64,000 nt of DNA from Macrostomum lignano (taxonomy: Eukaryota): positions 744,001-808,000 of the forward strand of contig NIVC01000158.1 of assembly GCA_002269645.1 (NCBI GenBank). Direction: 5' to 3'. Positions 48,241-60,800 of this stretch are shown here, piece after piece. A program made the position numbers and the translations under genes. The notes under the pieces were generated by a model, which saw nothing but the letters and a program-made list of their open reading frames with translations, did no database searches and was not told the origin of the DNA. The stretch's first letter is position 1. Each line of letters opens with the position of its first letter.

Positions 48241-49119
48241 ATGTGCGCAGCAGTGGCCAGTCACGCGGTCGGCTCCTATCCCTATCCACAGGCGATCCTG
48301 TCCCAGGTGACCCAGCCGCTCCCTGTCGGGTCGCCGGCGCCGGGCCGACCGTGCCGCAACGCCACTCACATGCGTTCCGCCGACGGTCAGGCGGCAGTGT
48401 ACACACTGGATGGTCCGCTGCGGTCTCGGGTGCCTTTGGAGGCTGGCTTCCCTTCTGTCCGGCTGCGCCTGCGGCCGCTGCACGCCACCACGGCGTCCAC
48501 TTGGACGGCCCGACGCGACGACCAGCTGGCGGCTTACTTCAGCGAGGCCGCCGGCCGCTACCGGGTTCATCCGGGCGCCGGCCGCTGGGCCAGCAGGACC
48601 GGTGAAATTGCCACTGCGAACGGTGCGCCGGCTTCTTCCTTCTTTCCTGACGATCCCGCAGTGCCCCGACGCCGGCCCCTGACTGTGGGCGTGGGAAATC
48701 GGAAGAACCTCTGCTCCAGCAGCCGAGGCGTGGTCTTCGCTGCGTGCACCAACGCTGAGCCGGTCGACGCCTCGGTGGCCACGGAGTCGCGCGACTGCTA
48801 CCGTCGCCGCGAAGCCGCCGGCAGCGCCTCGTCAACGGAAGAGGAGCGCCAGAGTCGGCTGGAGGTGCAGCGGCATCGGGAGCGGATGCGCGAATCGGCG
48901 CAAGTTGCCGACCTGCTGGCGCCGGCCGGAGCTGCTGGCGGCGACTCCCGCAGCCGGTTCTGGTCGGAGAGCGCCCGGGCCAACGCCAGCGTCGGTGAAA
49001 GTTCCCCAATGCGCCGCTGCAGCACCGCTCCGGCCGAGACTTCATTTCGGCGAGTGTCTGGCAACCGGGTGCTGTCCCGTCTGCGAGACCAGTGCGCCCA
49101 CATGCCTGTCATTTCGTGA
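48241..49119 (+). CDS. Intronless hypothetical protein, 292 aa, family not recognised
   Basis: Non-repetitive GC-rich ORF sharply bounded by AT-richer DNA, codon style like the other exons, TATA-like tataaat at ~48178. No motif recognised. Confidence 0.55.
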   Translation: MCAAVASHAVGSYPYPQAILSQVTQPLPVGSPAPGRPCRNATHMRSADGQAAVYTLDGPLRSRVPLEAGFPSVRLRLRPLHATTASTWTARRDDQLAAYFSEAAGRYRVHPGAGRWASRTGEIATANGAPASSFFPDDPAVPRRRPLTVGVGNRKNLCSSSRGVVFAACTNAEPVDASVATESRDCYRRREAAGSASSTEEERQSRLEVQRHRERMRESAQVADLLAPAGAAGGDSRSRFWSESARANASVGESSPMRRCSTAPAETSFRRVSGNRVLSRLRDQCAHMPVIS

Positions 49120-51680
49120 TTCAATCCTGCTCAATCACTGATGCATCTCTGTGTCAAATTATGTCTATTGTAATTCAGGACAGCGCCTGACAAGCGAGTC
49201 AGATTTTTGTCAAAAGGGGCTGTCAAAAATTAGACTGCAGGACCGAATGTCTGCAATATCAATATAGTGTGTCAGACAAATCCACTATAAGGTTCTTGCA
49301 GAGACCGATTTAACAACAGATCGACTCAAAGGCCCTGAAAAGTAAAATTATGCTCAGTCAAGGGAATCCAAGAGAAACCCTGAGCTCAAAAACATTAATT
49401 GATGCGTGCTACGCGTATATTGAATAGTTTGCAAAACTGGCATATCCTTAAAGGATTAGTGAGCAGGAAAAAAACTATTGTAAACTATAAAACATATTGT
49501 AATCTTCATATTTGAATTTATTTGGCAATGCAAGTGCTATTGGAAAAAAACAATACTAAAAACACTGGTGCATTTTTGTGTGTTCTCTTTTTCAGTTTCG
49601 AAAAAATGGTATAACTATAGCTAGGCTCACTTCGGGATGACTGATGAGTAAGGGAAGGAGCGTTGATGAGCTTTGACCACTTGCAGGCATTGGCCTATCA
49701 AAATCAATTCTCTTATAAATTACATGCTTAGCTATACACGAAGCTAAATTTTTCAAACAGAGAAAAGTGCAAATAAAATCTTTAAAGACAAGCTCGCTTC
49801 CTGTAAATAATCAGCCATTAGCTTGCGTATCCCAGCATTATAGATTGGGTTGCAGATTTTCCAGAGTTGATCTCAAATTGCGGGCATGCTCCACTGCAGT
49901 AGATCAAAGATTTAAGTAGATCAAGGGGATGCAAAAACACATTAATCACCCGCAAGGAAGCATAAGACAGGACTGTATGCGAGCAATGTTAGCCATTCGA
50001 TCCCAAAAAGAATTCTTTTTGAGCCTAGAATGGATTTAAATAATCTGCTAAAGAAAAGGCAAGGTCCTGCATTCTCGCAATAAATTTAACGCCGAAAACT
50101 GAACCCCAACTAGAATGCATGGTAGCTATTAATATTATTCTCGAAAAAGAGACTTCAACTTTCTAAAAAGTAGGAATCGCTGATTATGTGCCTACTCACA
50201 GTAGTATCGATAATTTTTATTTTTAAAGCAACACGATCAATAATTGGCATCGAATTTTATGCCAAACTGAGTTTATCAATCCGAGCCTCCATTTTTGTAA
50301 AGTACCTGCTATCACAAGTACATTAACTAATGCAATGAAGCCTAACAGGTGAAGTGACACCGTGAAATAAAAATAAAAAACTACAAAAGTACGAGCTTTT
50401 ACTCGTACTATGTCTATACCACAGGTACTATAAACACTGTTTATTAGTATCTGTGGTCTATAGTATCTGTGTTTATAGTATCTGTGGTCTATACTACGTA
50501 ACTATACGCAAATATCCGCGGACTATATTGTCCGCCGATTATACGCGGACTACTTTCTACTTGTACAAAAATGGCTTATAGACTTAGAGAGCTGACTAAC
50601 AAAAAATGGCAACCGATTGGTCAACGAAAATGGGGAGGGTAGCTACAAGATCGAGTTGGATCAATCTGGCCTTTAAAAATAAATACATGCAGCTAGAGCT
50701 TCGTGACTCGCAGCACGCCTCTGCAACTGCATTGAACTGTGACCGGCGGCCTCCTGCTGATGGTGTTCAACGCTTAGTGTGCATCTACATGAATTGTTGT
50801 TCTTTGTCTACATGAACTGGACAACGTGTTTGAGACGTTTTCAAGAGACAGTTTTCCGAAAAAAAAATCGAAAGCAATTATATTATGGTGTATCACATCT
50901 ACATGCATGTATAAATCATCTAACCCTTATCCTAAATGATAAATATGTTGATTATGATTTTAGCCCTCGTAAAGTTTTTGTCATTTTAGGAAGAAATCAA
51001 AACTGTGAATTTATCTTTTTAGAAATTGTGTACTTTGCAAAATTACTGCTTCCAGGACCGGATAGGATAACATTCAGAATCGCTACTATAGTGCAACCAG
51101 GCTGACTTCTTCGGTTAAAAAACCCCTCCAAAAAAGGGAAGGGGAAAAAGTGAATCTTTGCCACAATACAGGCCCTAATCCATCCCTATCGTGAAGTCTG
51201 GCATTGGTGGATGGATGTATTATAGAATTTCTTGCTTCGTGGCTGATTCAATGTGTTCGGAATTTCGACGGAATTAATAAATTTATAACGACGTATACTC
51301 GTAGTAGCTAATTAGGCTTGGTTCGTTCGTTCGTCCTACTTTACTTTTAATCGTTTAATAAAAAAATTACATGGCTGTAACTGTAGAGTGTAGACTGTAT
51401 ACCTAGGTCTTTAAGTTAGTTGCTTCAATTTAGTTAGTTAGGCCTAAAATTATTTGTCTTAAGGTTTTATACCATTATTGTTATAGGGGCCTAGCTACTA
51501 GCTAGAAGAATATCTTTTATTTGAAAATATGCAGTTTTAGGCCTACTTAGAGCAGCCAGCTGCCAGCTCTACTCGAAAGGTTTACATAATTAGTTAGATT
51601 TTTCGCCCTATTTGGCCCTGATTTTTTATTTTTGATACTGCCTTCTAACAAATTTCTACTAGGCCTAATCTACTTAAGCC

Positions 51681-52466
51681 TAGGGTTCCCAATCCCGGGA
51701 TCCCAGCTTTTTGTTAGTGTTTGGGATCCCAGGATTAGCAATTAGGGGTCCAGGATCCCAGTAAACACAGGATTGGAATTTACACTTTGCAGAAGTGAAT
51801 ATTTTTCATCTTGCAGTTGCTGTTAGCACTTAACTTAACAGTTTTGAGAGAAATTTTGTATCCTGAGAATAAAGTTATAGAATGAAGGATAGGTAGGACT
51901 ATCAATCAACTGTATCAAGCACTAGGCCCTACTAGTCACTAGACTAAGGCCTAAGGGGTCTAACTCTAGTCTAGACTCTAACTGTCTAAGTGGCAATGGC
52001 CTGGACACTGGGCCCACTGGCCTGGGCCCTGCCGCAGTGCGTAGGCTAGGCCATAGGCGCAGCTAAGGAAGGGAAAGGGAAAATGGAGGTGGGGTGTGGA
52101 CTGGGTTCTGAGTCTGAGTGTGTGTGAGGTAGTCTGTATTGGGGGCAGAAAGAGGCACCAGCGCAGCATATATGGTCCTAGGATCTAAGAGGAAAAGGTG
52201 TAGTTTAGTAATAGTATGTATGTACAACTAATAACTACATATAACTTCAACTATTTTATCAATGCAGTTCTACTCGTATAGGCTAGAAATAAAAAGTAGA
52301 AACCCAAATAATGCTCAATTTGGTTGAGAAATTGTTTTGTGGACAATGGGAAAGCTTCCCATAAATTTGTTTGTTCAATCCTGGGATTGGCCTGGGATCT
52401 TGGGATTGGGTCAATTTTTTGTCCAGGATCCTGGGATTGTAAAATTTCTGGGATTTGAGACCCCTA
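51681..52466. mobile_element. hAT-type non-autonomous element (786 bp)
   Basis: Termini TAGGGTTCCCAATCCC... / ...GGGATTTGAGACCCCTA are imperfect TIRs starting TAGGG. Flanks CTTAAGCC (51673-80) and CTTAGGCC (52467-74) form an 8-bp TSD with 1 mismatch. Subterminal GGGATCC/CCAGGAT repeats occur at both ends. Confidence 0.72.
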
Positions 52467-52750
52467 CTTAGGCCTAATTTAATACTATAATTCTTATTTT
52501 AAAAAATCTGCTTAGGACCTAGGCCTAATATCTGGATCTGATCTAATATCCTAGATTATATTTAATATTTACAATTGGCTAGACCTAAGGCTGAATAAGC
52601 TTGAATTAGGGCTAGAATTATCTAAATTCTTTAGACTTAAATGTAAGGCCTATTTCTAAAGAACTAGGCCTATTTTTGATCATTTAAATAAATATTTATT
52701 TATATTTACATAATTTAATATGGCTCCAAAATTATTTTTGAAACTCTATA

Positions 52751-53418
52751 GGATATGCAGTCATTTTGTCTGTTGCCTTTTTGTCTGCTGGTAGACAAAA
52801 TGACTTTTTAAAAAGAAAAATTAAAATATCACTATGTAAATCATAAAGCTATTTTTTATTATAAGATATTGCAAGTCATGTAAAGAGTTATTATATGATA
52901 TCTATTTGCATGTGTAATATTGTTAATACAATATTTCAAAGATATATTATATTTAATTTAAACGTCCATTGAAAAAAAAACTTTTGTGATAGTCAGTTAG
53001 AGTCATTAGTGAATTAGAAGATAGAGTAGTTTGTAGTTAAATATGATTGTGAGCATTCTTATGATCCGTGGCCCTATTTCAATCCAATGATAATAGTGCA
53101 TTTGTTGTCTTATTGCAAATTTTATTTAAACTTAACTTCAAATTATATAAACTTACAAACTTACATATATATAAATACTTATAAACTTATATATATAAAT
53201 CAAGTCAAACTTTGGTGGGTCTTAAAATAATATTTGTAGATATACTTGCACTTTTTAAAAATGAGTTCATTATCTTTACTTTTAAGTTTTTTTTAAAGAT
53301 ATACAGTCTTGATTTCCATGATTAGACTGACATTGTACTCAATATTTTGTTGGTAGACAAAATGATTGTATTGTAATTTTGTAGACAAAAGAGTGACAGA
53401 CAAAATGACCGCCAACCC
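52751..53418. mobile_element. Degenerate TIR element relic (Mutator-like ends)
   Basis: Left GGATATGCAGTCATTTTGTCTGT..CTTTT matches the reverse complement of the right end (GGGTTGGCGGTCATTTTGTCTGT..CTTTT). GTAGACAAAATGA is repeated subterminally. No TSD recovered. Confidence 0.4.
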
Positions 53419-53569
53419 TTTATAGCAATAGGTACTAGCTCCTTCCCCTTCTAGGCCTATCTATTTGTAATCATAAGCCAAGGCATAACATAGCTAGCTA
53501 GTAATATGGTTGATATTACTAGCATATATACATATGGTCATACATACATATGGTCATATATACATATGG

Positions 53570-53760
53570 TTGACTGGCCTATTGGTTAGCCTGCTCACTG
53601 GCCTATTGGTTGGCTTGCTCACTGGCCCACTGCTTAGCCTGCTCATTGGCCCATTGGTTGGTCTGCTTATTGGCCCATTGCTTAGCTTACTACTTGGCCT
53701 ACTTACCAGCCCATTGTTTAGTGCACTTACTGGCCTACTGACTAGACCATTAACCAGTAT
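53570..53760. repeat. Degenerate 24-bp array (CTGGCCTATTGGTTAGCCTGCTCA)n
   Basis: About 8 diverged copies. Confidence 0.75.
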
Positions 53761-54873
53761 GGCATAAGCCCAAGCTATGGCTAAGCACTAGATAATAGAT
53801 ATATGAATAGTTCTTCAGTAAATAATGGAATACAAGTAAAATGCTGCATTAATACTCATCCTTGTTCATTAAAAGACATATAGATGCAACTTAAATTGGC
53901 AAAACATGATGTACACTAGCATCTTATCTTGATATTTAGATGTGTGGCTTAAATTTTAGAAGTTCTTGGCCTTTAAGAGCAAGTAAATAGTTTACTAATA
54001 AAAGACAGCCAGTAAAACACATTTTGTTACTGAAATCTTGTTACCAACAGAGTAAGATCTACAATAGAAGGTTGAAAGTAAAGACATTCATAATTGTGCC
54101 AATGAGCAATGTATGTTAGAAATGTTCCATCATTTTAACATGATTGGCAATTTCGTTTTTTATTCTGGCATGTGCTTAGCATTGTTTCTAATGTGGCACA
54201 AAACAACAACAAAATATGCAGCCCCATGTTACAAGGTCACAGTATAATATGACAGCTATGTAGTATAGGGGATAATCTAAATAAAAAATCCAATAATAGA
54301 AAATCAAAATAATAAATAAATCATAAATAGGAAATATAAAAAGAGCATATATTAATTTACTATCAATAAAATATATAATACATTTAGCTCCATAAAAGTT
54401 TTTAGATAAATCTAAAACATTTAAATACCAAATTTGCTATTGTCATTGCCAGTTAAAATAAATCAATAAATATAAAGCTATTACTTTAAAGTTAAACAAA
54501 GGCAGTTTAGCCTAAATCTATTTGGTTAGCAAAGTTAGCAATGTTAACAAATAAAATATTTGAGATGTTTTTTAGTCATTAAAAAACAAAAAAATTATGT
54601 TGTATACATATATATATATATATAAATATACATTCATAAGCTATTAATGCATTAGTAAATTTCTAATGCTGTGTATGGCAAAAATTAATGGCCTCAACAT
54701 CTTAGCTTCTGATTTTGGATTATTGTGTTTTGACAAATTTAGACACACCAGCTTTGATTTTTGCATCTTTTATTGAGACCCCAGGTGGCATATTGGCATC
54801 CTGTTAAGGGTTCATATTAAGCAATTGTTCAAGTATTTTTCTTATTAAATTTTTACATTTGATGATAAGCAAA

Positions 54874-55195
54874 GGGTAGGAGATTGTAGTCTAGTAGCCT
54901 TGGACTTCCACCTGAAAGGTCAGGGGTTCGATTCCCGATCCTACTGGAACAATGTGTGTCCTTGAACACTTGACAGTTAACTCTGCATTGCTTCAGTTCA
55001 CCCAGCTGTAAAATGGGTGCCAGCACTAGCTGGGGTAATTGATGGTGTGTGGCGACTCCCCAGTTGGGCTAAACAGCCGTACGCAGCCTTCAGATGCGCC
55101 GCGCAATATCTGCGGCTGAGCTGTCGGTTGCACATCTGGCCATTGGGGCCAGGCAAACAGGCAAAATAACGAGCCCTATATAATTTATATAACCT
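54874..55195 (+). mobile_element. tRNA-derived SINE, longer copy, with Meta/CORE-like central domain
   Basis: Degenerate A box (tagtctagtagc), B box GGTTCGATTCC, central gtgtccttgaac...TTCAGTTCACCCAGCTGTAAAATGGGTGCC, 3' hairpin CTGGCC-attgg-GGCCAG and AT-rich tail. Shares long blocks with 62047-62240. CACCCAGCTGTAAA(A)TGGGT is typical of metazoan SINE central domains. Confidence 0.8.
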
Positions 55196-55221
55196 CCCCG
55201 CCACTCCAGCCAAGCTAAAAA

Positions 55222-56377
55222 ATGCTCGCCTCGCTGCGCCTCTGCAAATCTGTTGCTCGCCTTAGCCAACCAGGCCTCGGCGTGACCGCCCGCGGCTACG
55301 GCTCCGCCGCCTCCACTGCGCCTGTGCCACCCGGCTACACCAGCAAGGAGATGGAGTCTGTCATCTCCAATGGCCAACTGTCCAGCTACCCGCAGGTTGG
55401 CCGGCGCGAATGGGTCGGGCACGGCCGCGGCGGCATGCCCAACTATTTCGACTGCCTCATGTTCCCCTATCCGGCTATCCGCTTTCGCGAATGGGACAGC
55501 GCGTACGAGGCGTTGCGACAGAAGGAGAAAGGCGACTGGAAGAATCTGAGCATTGAAGACAAGAAGAAGCTGTATCGGTGAGTAGGCAGCTCAGAGATCA
55601 TCAGCCCCACAGGAATCGCCCCTAGACAGCTCAGGGAGCAGCCCCAGCCCCATAGGAATCGCCCCTAGACAGCTCAGGGAGCAGCCCCAGCCCCATAGGA
55701 ATCGCCCTTAGACAGCTCAGAGATAAGCCCCATAGGAATCGCCCTTAGACAGCTCAGAGATAAGCCCCATAGGAATCGCCCTTAGACAGCTCAGAGATAA
55801 GCCCCATAGGAATCGCCCTTAGACAGCTCAGAGATCATCAGCCCCATAGGAATCGCCCTTAGACAGCTCAGAGATAAGCCCCATAGGAATCGCCCTTAGA
55901 CAGCTCAGAGATAAGCCCCATAGGAATCGCCCTTAGACAGCTCAGAGATAAGCCCCATAGGAATCGCCCTTAGACAGCTCAGAGATAAGCCCCATAGGAA
56001 TCGCCCTTAGACAGCTCAGAGATAAGCCCCATAGGAATCGCCCTTAGACAGCTCAGAGATAAGCCCCATAGGAATCGCCCTAAAAAACCCGGTCAACTCC
56101 CCGTCTTCACTGCAGCCACTCCTTCCGGTACACCTTTACCGAGCTGGAGGCTCCCACCGGACGCTGGAAGCTGTCCATCGGTATTCTCATGCTAGTGTTC
56201 AGCGGCGCCTCCCTAACCATGCTCTTCATCAAGAAGGTATTCACCCCTGCCTTCCCGAAAAGCTTCGATGAAGAATGGATGATGCGCTCGATGTGGAAGC
56301 AGATCATGATCGGATTCAATCCCGTGCAAGGCGTCAGCTCCAAGTGGGACTACGAGAACAACCGGTGGAAGGAGTAA
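55222..56377 (+). CDS. COX4: Cytochrome c oxidase subunit 4, mitochondrial precursor
   Basis: Exon 1 55222-55577 (mitochondrial-type presequence MLASLRLCKSVARLS; VGRREWVGHG...PNYFD...PYPAIRFRE...LRQKEKGDWKNLSIEDKKKLYR), phase-2 intron GTGAGT...TGCAG, exon 2 56116-56377 (HSFRYTFTELEAPTGRWK, one TM helix, NPVQGVSSKWDYENNRWKE*). These motifs are diagnostic of COX4. Confidence 0.96.
55587..56080. repeat. 37-bp minisatellite (GCCCCATAGGAATCGCCCTTAGACAGCTCAGAGATAA)n filling the COX4 intron
   Basis: Starts about 10 nt after the donor and ends about 35 nt before the acceptor. Confidence 0.95.
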
Positions 56378-57104
56378 TCTTTGCCATTGCCGTATTGTCC
56401 CAATATTGGAAAACAATTATTAATAAATGACCGCTTTAAAATGTACTTTTTAGCCTGGGAAGATTTGGATTGGGATAGATTTCTAAATAATTGCAAAATT
56501 AGACTAAAACCCCGTTTCTTAGCTCTACTAACCAATCTGCAATCTGCGCTTAAAATATGAATTTGATACAGTAAATTTCTTGTAGTGCGTTTAGATTTTT
56601 AAAATTTAGAATCCATTTGAAACTCCTCTAACGCTAGTTTGTCGAAGTTTGACAATAAGTTTTTTTTTAAGAAAGTCACTGTAACCAACCACTTTGTTGT
56701 GTTGTGCTCTAGCCTATCTCTTTTTTTCTGGTCCTCTTCTGCTTCTTTTTAGGTCGTCTATATAAAGTTTTACTTAGCTTTAATTAGAATTTCGCATTCA
56801 CTCGTCCGCACAGGTGCCTCGTGTCCAACTTCAGAAAATTCAAATAAAATAATAATCGCACCACGTGTTCTTAATACCTTTCAGCCCCCCCCGTCTCAAT
56901 CTGATGCCTACACAAAATAATCAATTATTTAAGATCAAAGAAATATAAACTGATGTGTTCTTGCAGGTCAGCCATCTCGTTGATGAAAGTGGGAAAATTA
57001 ATTATCAGTTCCTTTTATTTGCGAAGTAGCAAGCTTGGAGTTGGACTATTTTTTTTCAAATGATTTTGTTATGAGCACATAGTTCTTATAGGATGCCTTC
57101 TGCC

Positions 57105-57720
57105 GAATTCGGTCATACAGTAGACACTGCAATGATCATTTTCCGAGTTTGGTCATGCAGTGGACACTGCAGTGATCATTTTCCGAGTTTGGTCATGCAG
57201 TGGACACTGCAATGATCATTGTCCGTGTTTGGTCATACAGTGGACACTGCAATGATCATTGTCCGAGTTTGGTCATACAGTAGACACTGCAATGATCATT
57301 TTCCGAGTTTGGTCATACAGTGGACACTGCAATGATCATTGTCCGAGTTTGGTCATGTAGTGGACACTGCAATGATCATTTTCCGAGTTTGGTCATACAG
57401 TAGACACTGCAATGATCATTTTCCGAGTTTGGTCATGCAGTGGACACTGCAATGATCATTGTCCGTGTTTGGTCATACAGTGGACACTGCAATGATCATT
57501 GTCCGAGTTTGGTCATGCAGTGGACACTGCAATGATCATTTTCCGAGTTTGGTCATACAGTAGACACTGCAATGATCATTGTCCGAGTTTGGTCATACAG
57601 TGGACACTGCAATGATCATTGTTCGAGTTTGGTCATGCAGTGGACACTGCAATGATCATTGTCCGAGTTTGGTCATACAGTGGACACTGCAATGGTCATT
57701 GCCCGAGTTTTGGTCATATG
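57105..57720. repeat. 40-bp minisatellite (TTCCGAGTTTGGTCATACAGTGGACACTGCAATGATCATT)n
   Basis: About 15 copies between COX4 and the TRIM gene. Confidence 0.95.
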
Positions 57721-57899
57721 GCGGACACTTTAGTCAATTAGTCACACTAGTTAGCCACAGATGCAGTATTATTTTTGTAAGCAGAAATCGGTCTCAATTA
57801 TTGAACAGCAAGCCGCATTAGTTGTTATTCCAGCAAATTCGCGAGCCCACTATCGACCTGTCAATCGCGCCGGCTCACACTCGCACACAGAAGTAGGCG

Positions 57900-60800
57900 A
57901 TGTCGGAGGCCAAGCGAATCCGCCTGGCCGATCCCAGCGAGCTGTCAGCCGCTCCGGCCTCCTCATCCGCTGTTGAATCCGAGCCGTCGCCTCAACTGAT
58001 GGAGCTAGTTCAGGACTGCACCTGCCCGGTGTGCAAAGAGATCTTCACCGAGCCCGTAGCCCTTGTCGCGTGCGGTCACGCATTCTGCCGGCGTTGCTAC
58101 GAGAAACTGTGTCGGAAATGTGCCACAACCGAGACCGGCATCGGCGGCGGCTTCGCCTTCTTGCTGGCGCCGCCGTCCTCGCTGGCCGCTGAACAGCAGC
58201 GCAGGGTTGCGTGTCCGGTCTGTCGGGTGAAGTTCCGGCCAGGCTCGGACGCTGTTAAACCGGACAGCCAGGCCGAGTGCTTAGTTCGAGCTCTGATGCT
58301 GGTGAAAGCTCCGCAGCAGACTGTCGACGCTTCTTTACCGACACCTGGCGACGTCGATCGCAGCGACGGCTGCTGCTCCGCATCCACCGACTGCTGGCGT
58401 CGACGAGCCGTCCGCTGCACCGACTGCGGAGTGGCCTCCTGCCGGGCCCACCACGAATCCGCGCTGGCCAGCCTGCGGTCCTCCGCCGCCGAGGTGGCTG
58501 CCGCCGGCGCCACTTTCGCTTCGGACGAATCAGCCGGTGTCGGTCCGCTGCGCCGGCTAACCGACATGCGGCTCCGCCTGCCCAACCTCCGGCGAGCCCT
58601 GGCCGACCGGCTGACGGCTCGTCTAGACGCCTACGAGGCCCGGCTGGAGGATGCCAGCGTCCGGGTTCGCCAGGCCGCCGAGGCCAGCTTGGATCGGCGC
58701 CAGCATCTGGCCGGCCTGGTCCACCGACTGGAATCGGTCACGGCCGCTGCAGCCGCTGTTGGCGGCGACGCAATCGATGCTAGCTACGCCGAGATGCTGA
58801 CGTTGAAGTCGCGTCTGACCGCCGAACTGGCCGAGGCGCGTTCGCTTCATCCGGCACTGCGGGTGGAAGAGCCCATTGGCTTGGTGAGTTCAGCTAAATT
58901 ATAGGTTGATGATAGTCTAGAACTCATTCAGACAGTCCCACAGTTTCAAAGCGTGTTGAAAATCGCATCGGATCTACGTCCAAGTATCTTTGAGAATTGC
59001 TTCTAATCAGCCTTAGAATGGTCTATCGGATCGGCCCTCAAAACCGCTTTGAGAAATATCTCTCTAATCGGCCCTCAAAACTGCTTTAAGAATGGACTCT
59101 AATCGGCCCTCAAGTGCTTTGAGAATGGTCTCTGATCGGCCCTCAAAACCGCTTTGAGAATGGTCTCTGATCGGCCCTCAAAACCGCTTTGAGAATGGTC
59201 TCTGATCGGCCCTCAAAACCGCTTTGAGAATGGTCTCTGATCGGCCCTCAAAACCGCTTTGAGAATGGTCTCTGATCGGCCCTCAAAACCGCTTTGAGAA
59301 TGGTCTCTGATCGGCCCTCAAAACCGCTTTGAGAATGGTCTCTGATCGGCCCTCAAAACCGCTTTGAGAATGGTCTCTGATCGGCCCTCAAAACCGCTTT
59401 GAGAATGGTCTCTGATCGGCCCTCAAAACCGCTTTGAGAATGGTCTCTGATCGGCCCTCAACACCGCTTTGAGAATTTTCTCTGATCGGCCCTCAAAACC
59501 TCTTTGAGAATATTCTCTCTGACCGGCCCTCTAAATCATTAGCCCAATCAATTATATTCTGTACTGCTATACTCGAGGTAGATGGAGTTATGCCCAGAAT
59601 CAAAAACCAACGTCCCCACCCCGCCCCGCACAGCAGGAGGACCTCGAGCGCGGCCTGGACGCCTGCCTGGACGAGCTCACAGTTCGCCTGTACGCCCTGC
59701 CCTACGAGTCCTTGGCCCGCGCCTCAACTAGCGGCGCCCCGTTGGCGCCAGTTCGCCTGGCACCGATAGCGCATCACCGAACCAGACCGCGCCGGCCCTG
59801 GTGCCTCCGCTTATTGAAGAATGTCAGCGGGCTGCGGCTGCTTAACGGCCGGCTAGTCAGATCGTCGGCGGCCTCGGCAGCATCGGCTTCGGCTTCGCCA
59901 AGTGTCGAGGACGGCTCCGAGCCGCTGCCTCAGTCTGGCATTCTGCTGGTGAACTACAGCGGCCCAACTGGCCGGCTGCACATATTCGAAGCTGGGCAGA
60001 GAATACGCCGCCTGGGCTGCCTTCAACTGCAGCCGCCCCGCCTGCCCGGACCCGCTATCGGCCACGGCCGGCGTCGCTGCCGCCCCGGCCGCATCGCCGT
60101 CTGCAATAATCGGCAGAGAATCTTTGCCACTGACTCGGCCAATAATCGGGTTATGGCGTTTCATGCCACTGGCCGGCTGGTCGCCAGCTTTGGTTGCTAT
60201 GGCGACTCAGACAACGCCGGCGACGACAGTTTATGCCAGGACGACGTTGGCGAGTCGAACGGCGAGCCAAATTTTCAACGCCCTCTAGGGTTGTGCGTCG
60301 ACAACGAAGCGCTGTACGTTGTTGACAGCGGCAACTGTAGGGTGCAGATCTTCTGCCTGGACAGCGGCTACAGGCGGATCGGCTGCCTGCGGCATCCTGA
60401 CTTCACTGCCGGCCTGCACAGCGTGCTCGCCTGCCAGTCTGATCTAGTTGGGTCGGAGTCGGCGTCTGCGCCCGGTTTGGTGGTGTCGGATCGGGACACG
60501 GAGCGGCTGTTCCTGTTCGATCGGGCTAGCAGGTTGTGGGAGCCGCCTTTTCTTCTGAGCCTTTTTTAGGACCCAGTAGATCCCTCTAGCGACTCTATGG
60601 GGCCCTTGTGACTTTTTAGCGACTCAATTAAACGACTGCAATGCGACGGAGTCGGAGAGCTAGAGCCGAAAAAGTCGACTATAAGTCGTAGTGTTAGCTC
60701 AGATACGACCCTGCGACCCCAGAGTCATGATAGAATCGCCTCAGAGTTCCTTGCGTCGCTCCAGGCCTCAAATAGACTATTAGACGACTTTTTGGCGACT

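Noticed and set aside
54874-54950. tRNA gene
   Set aside because: Only the A/B boxes are retained and it continues into a SINE body shared with 62047; no cloverleaf.
57105-57720. CRISPR-like 40-bp repeat with palindrome
   Set aside because: Head-to-tail units without spacers.
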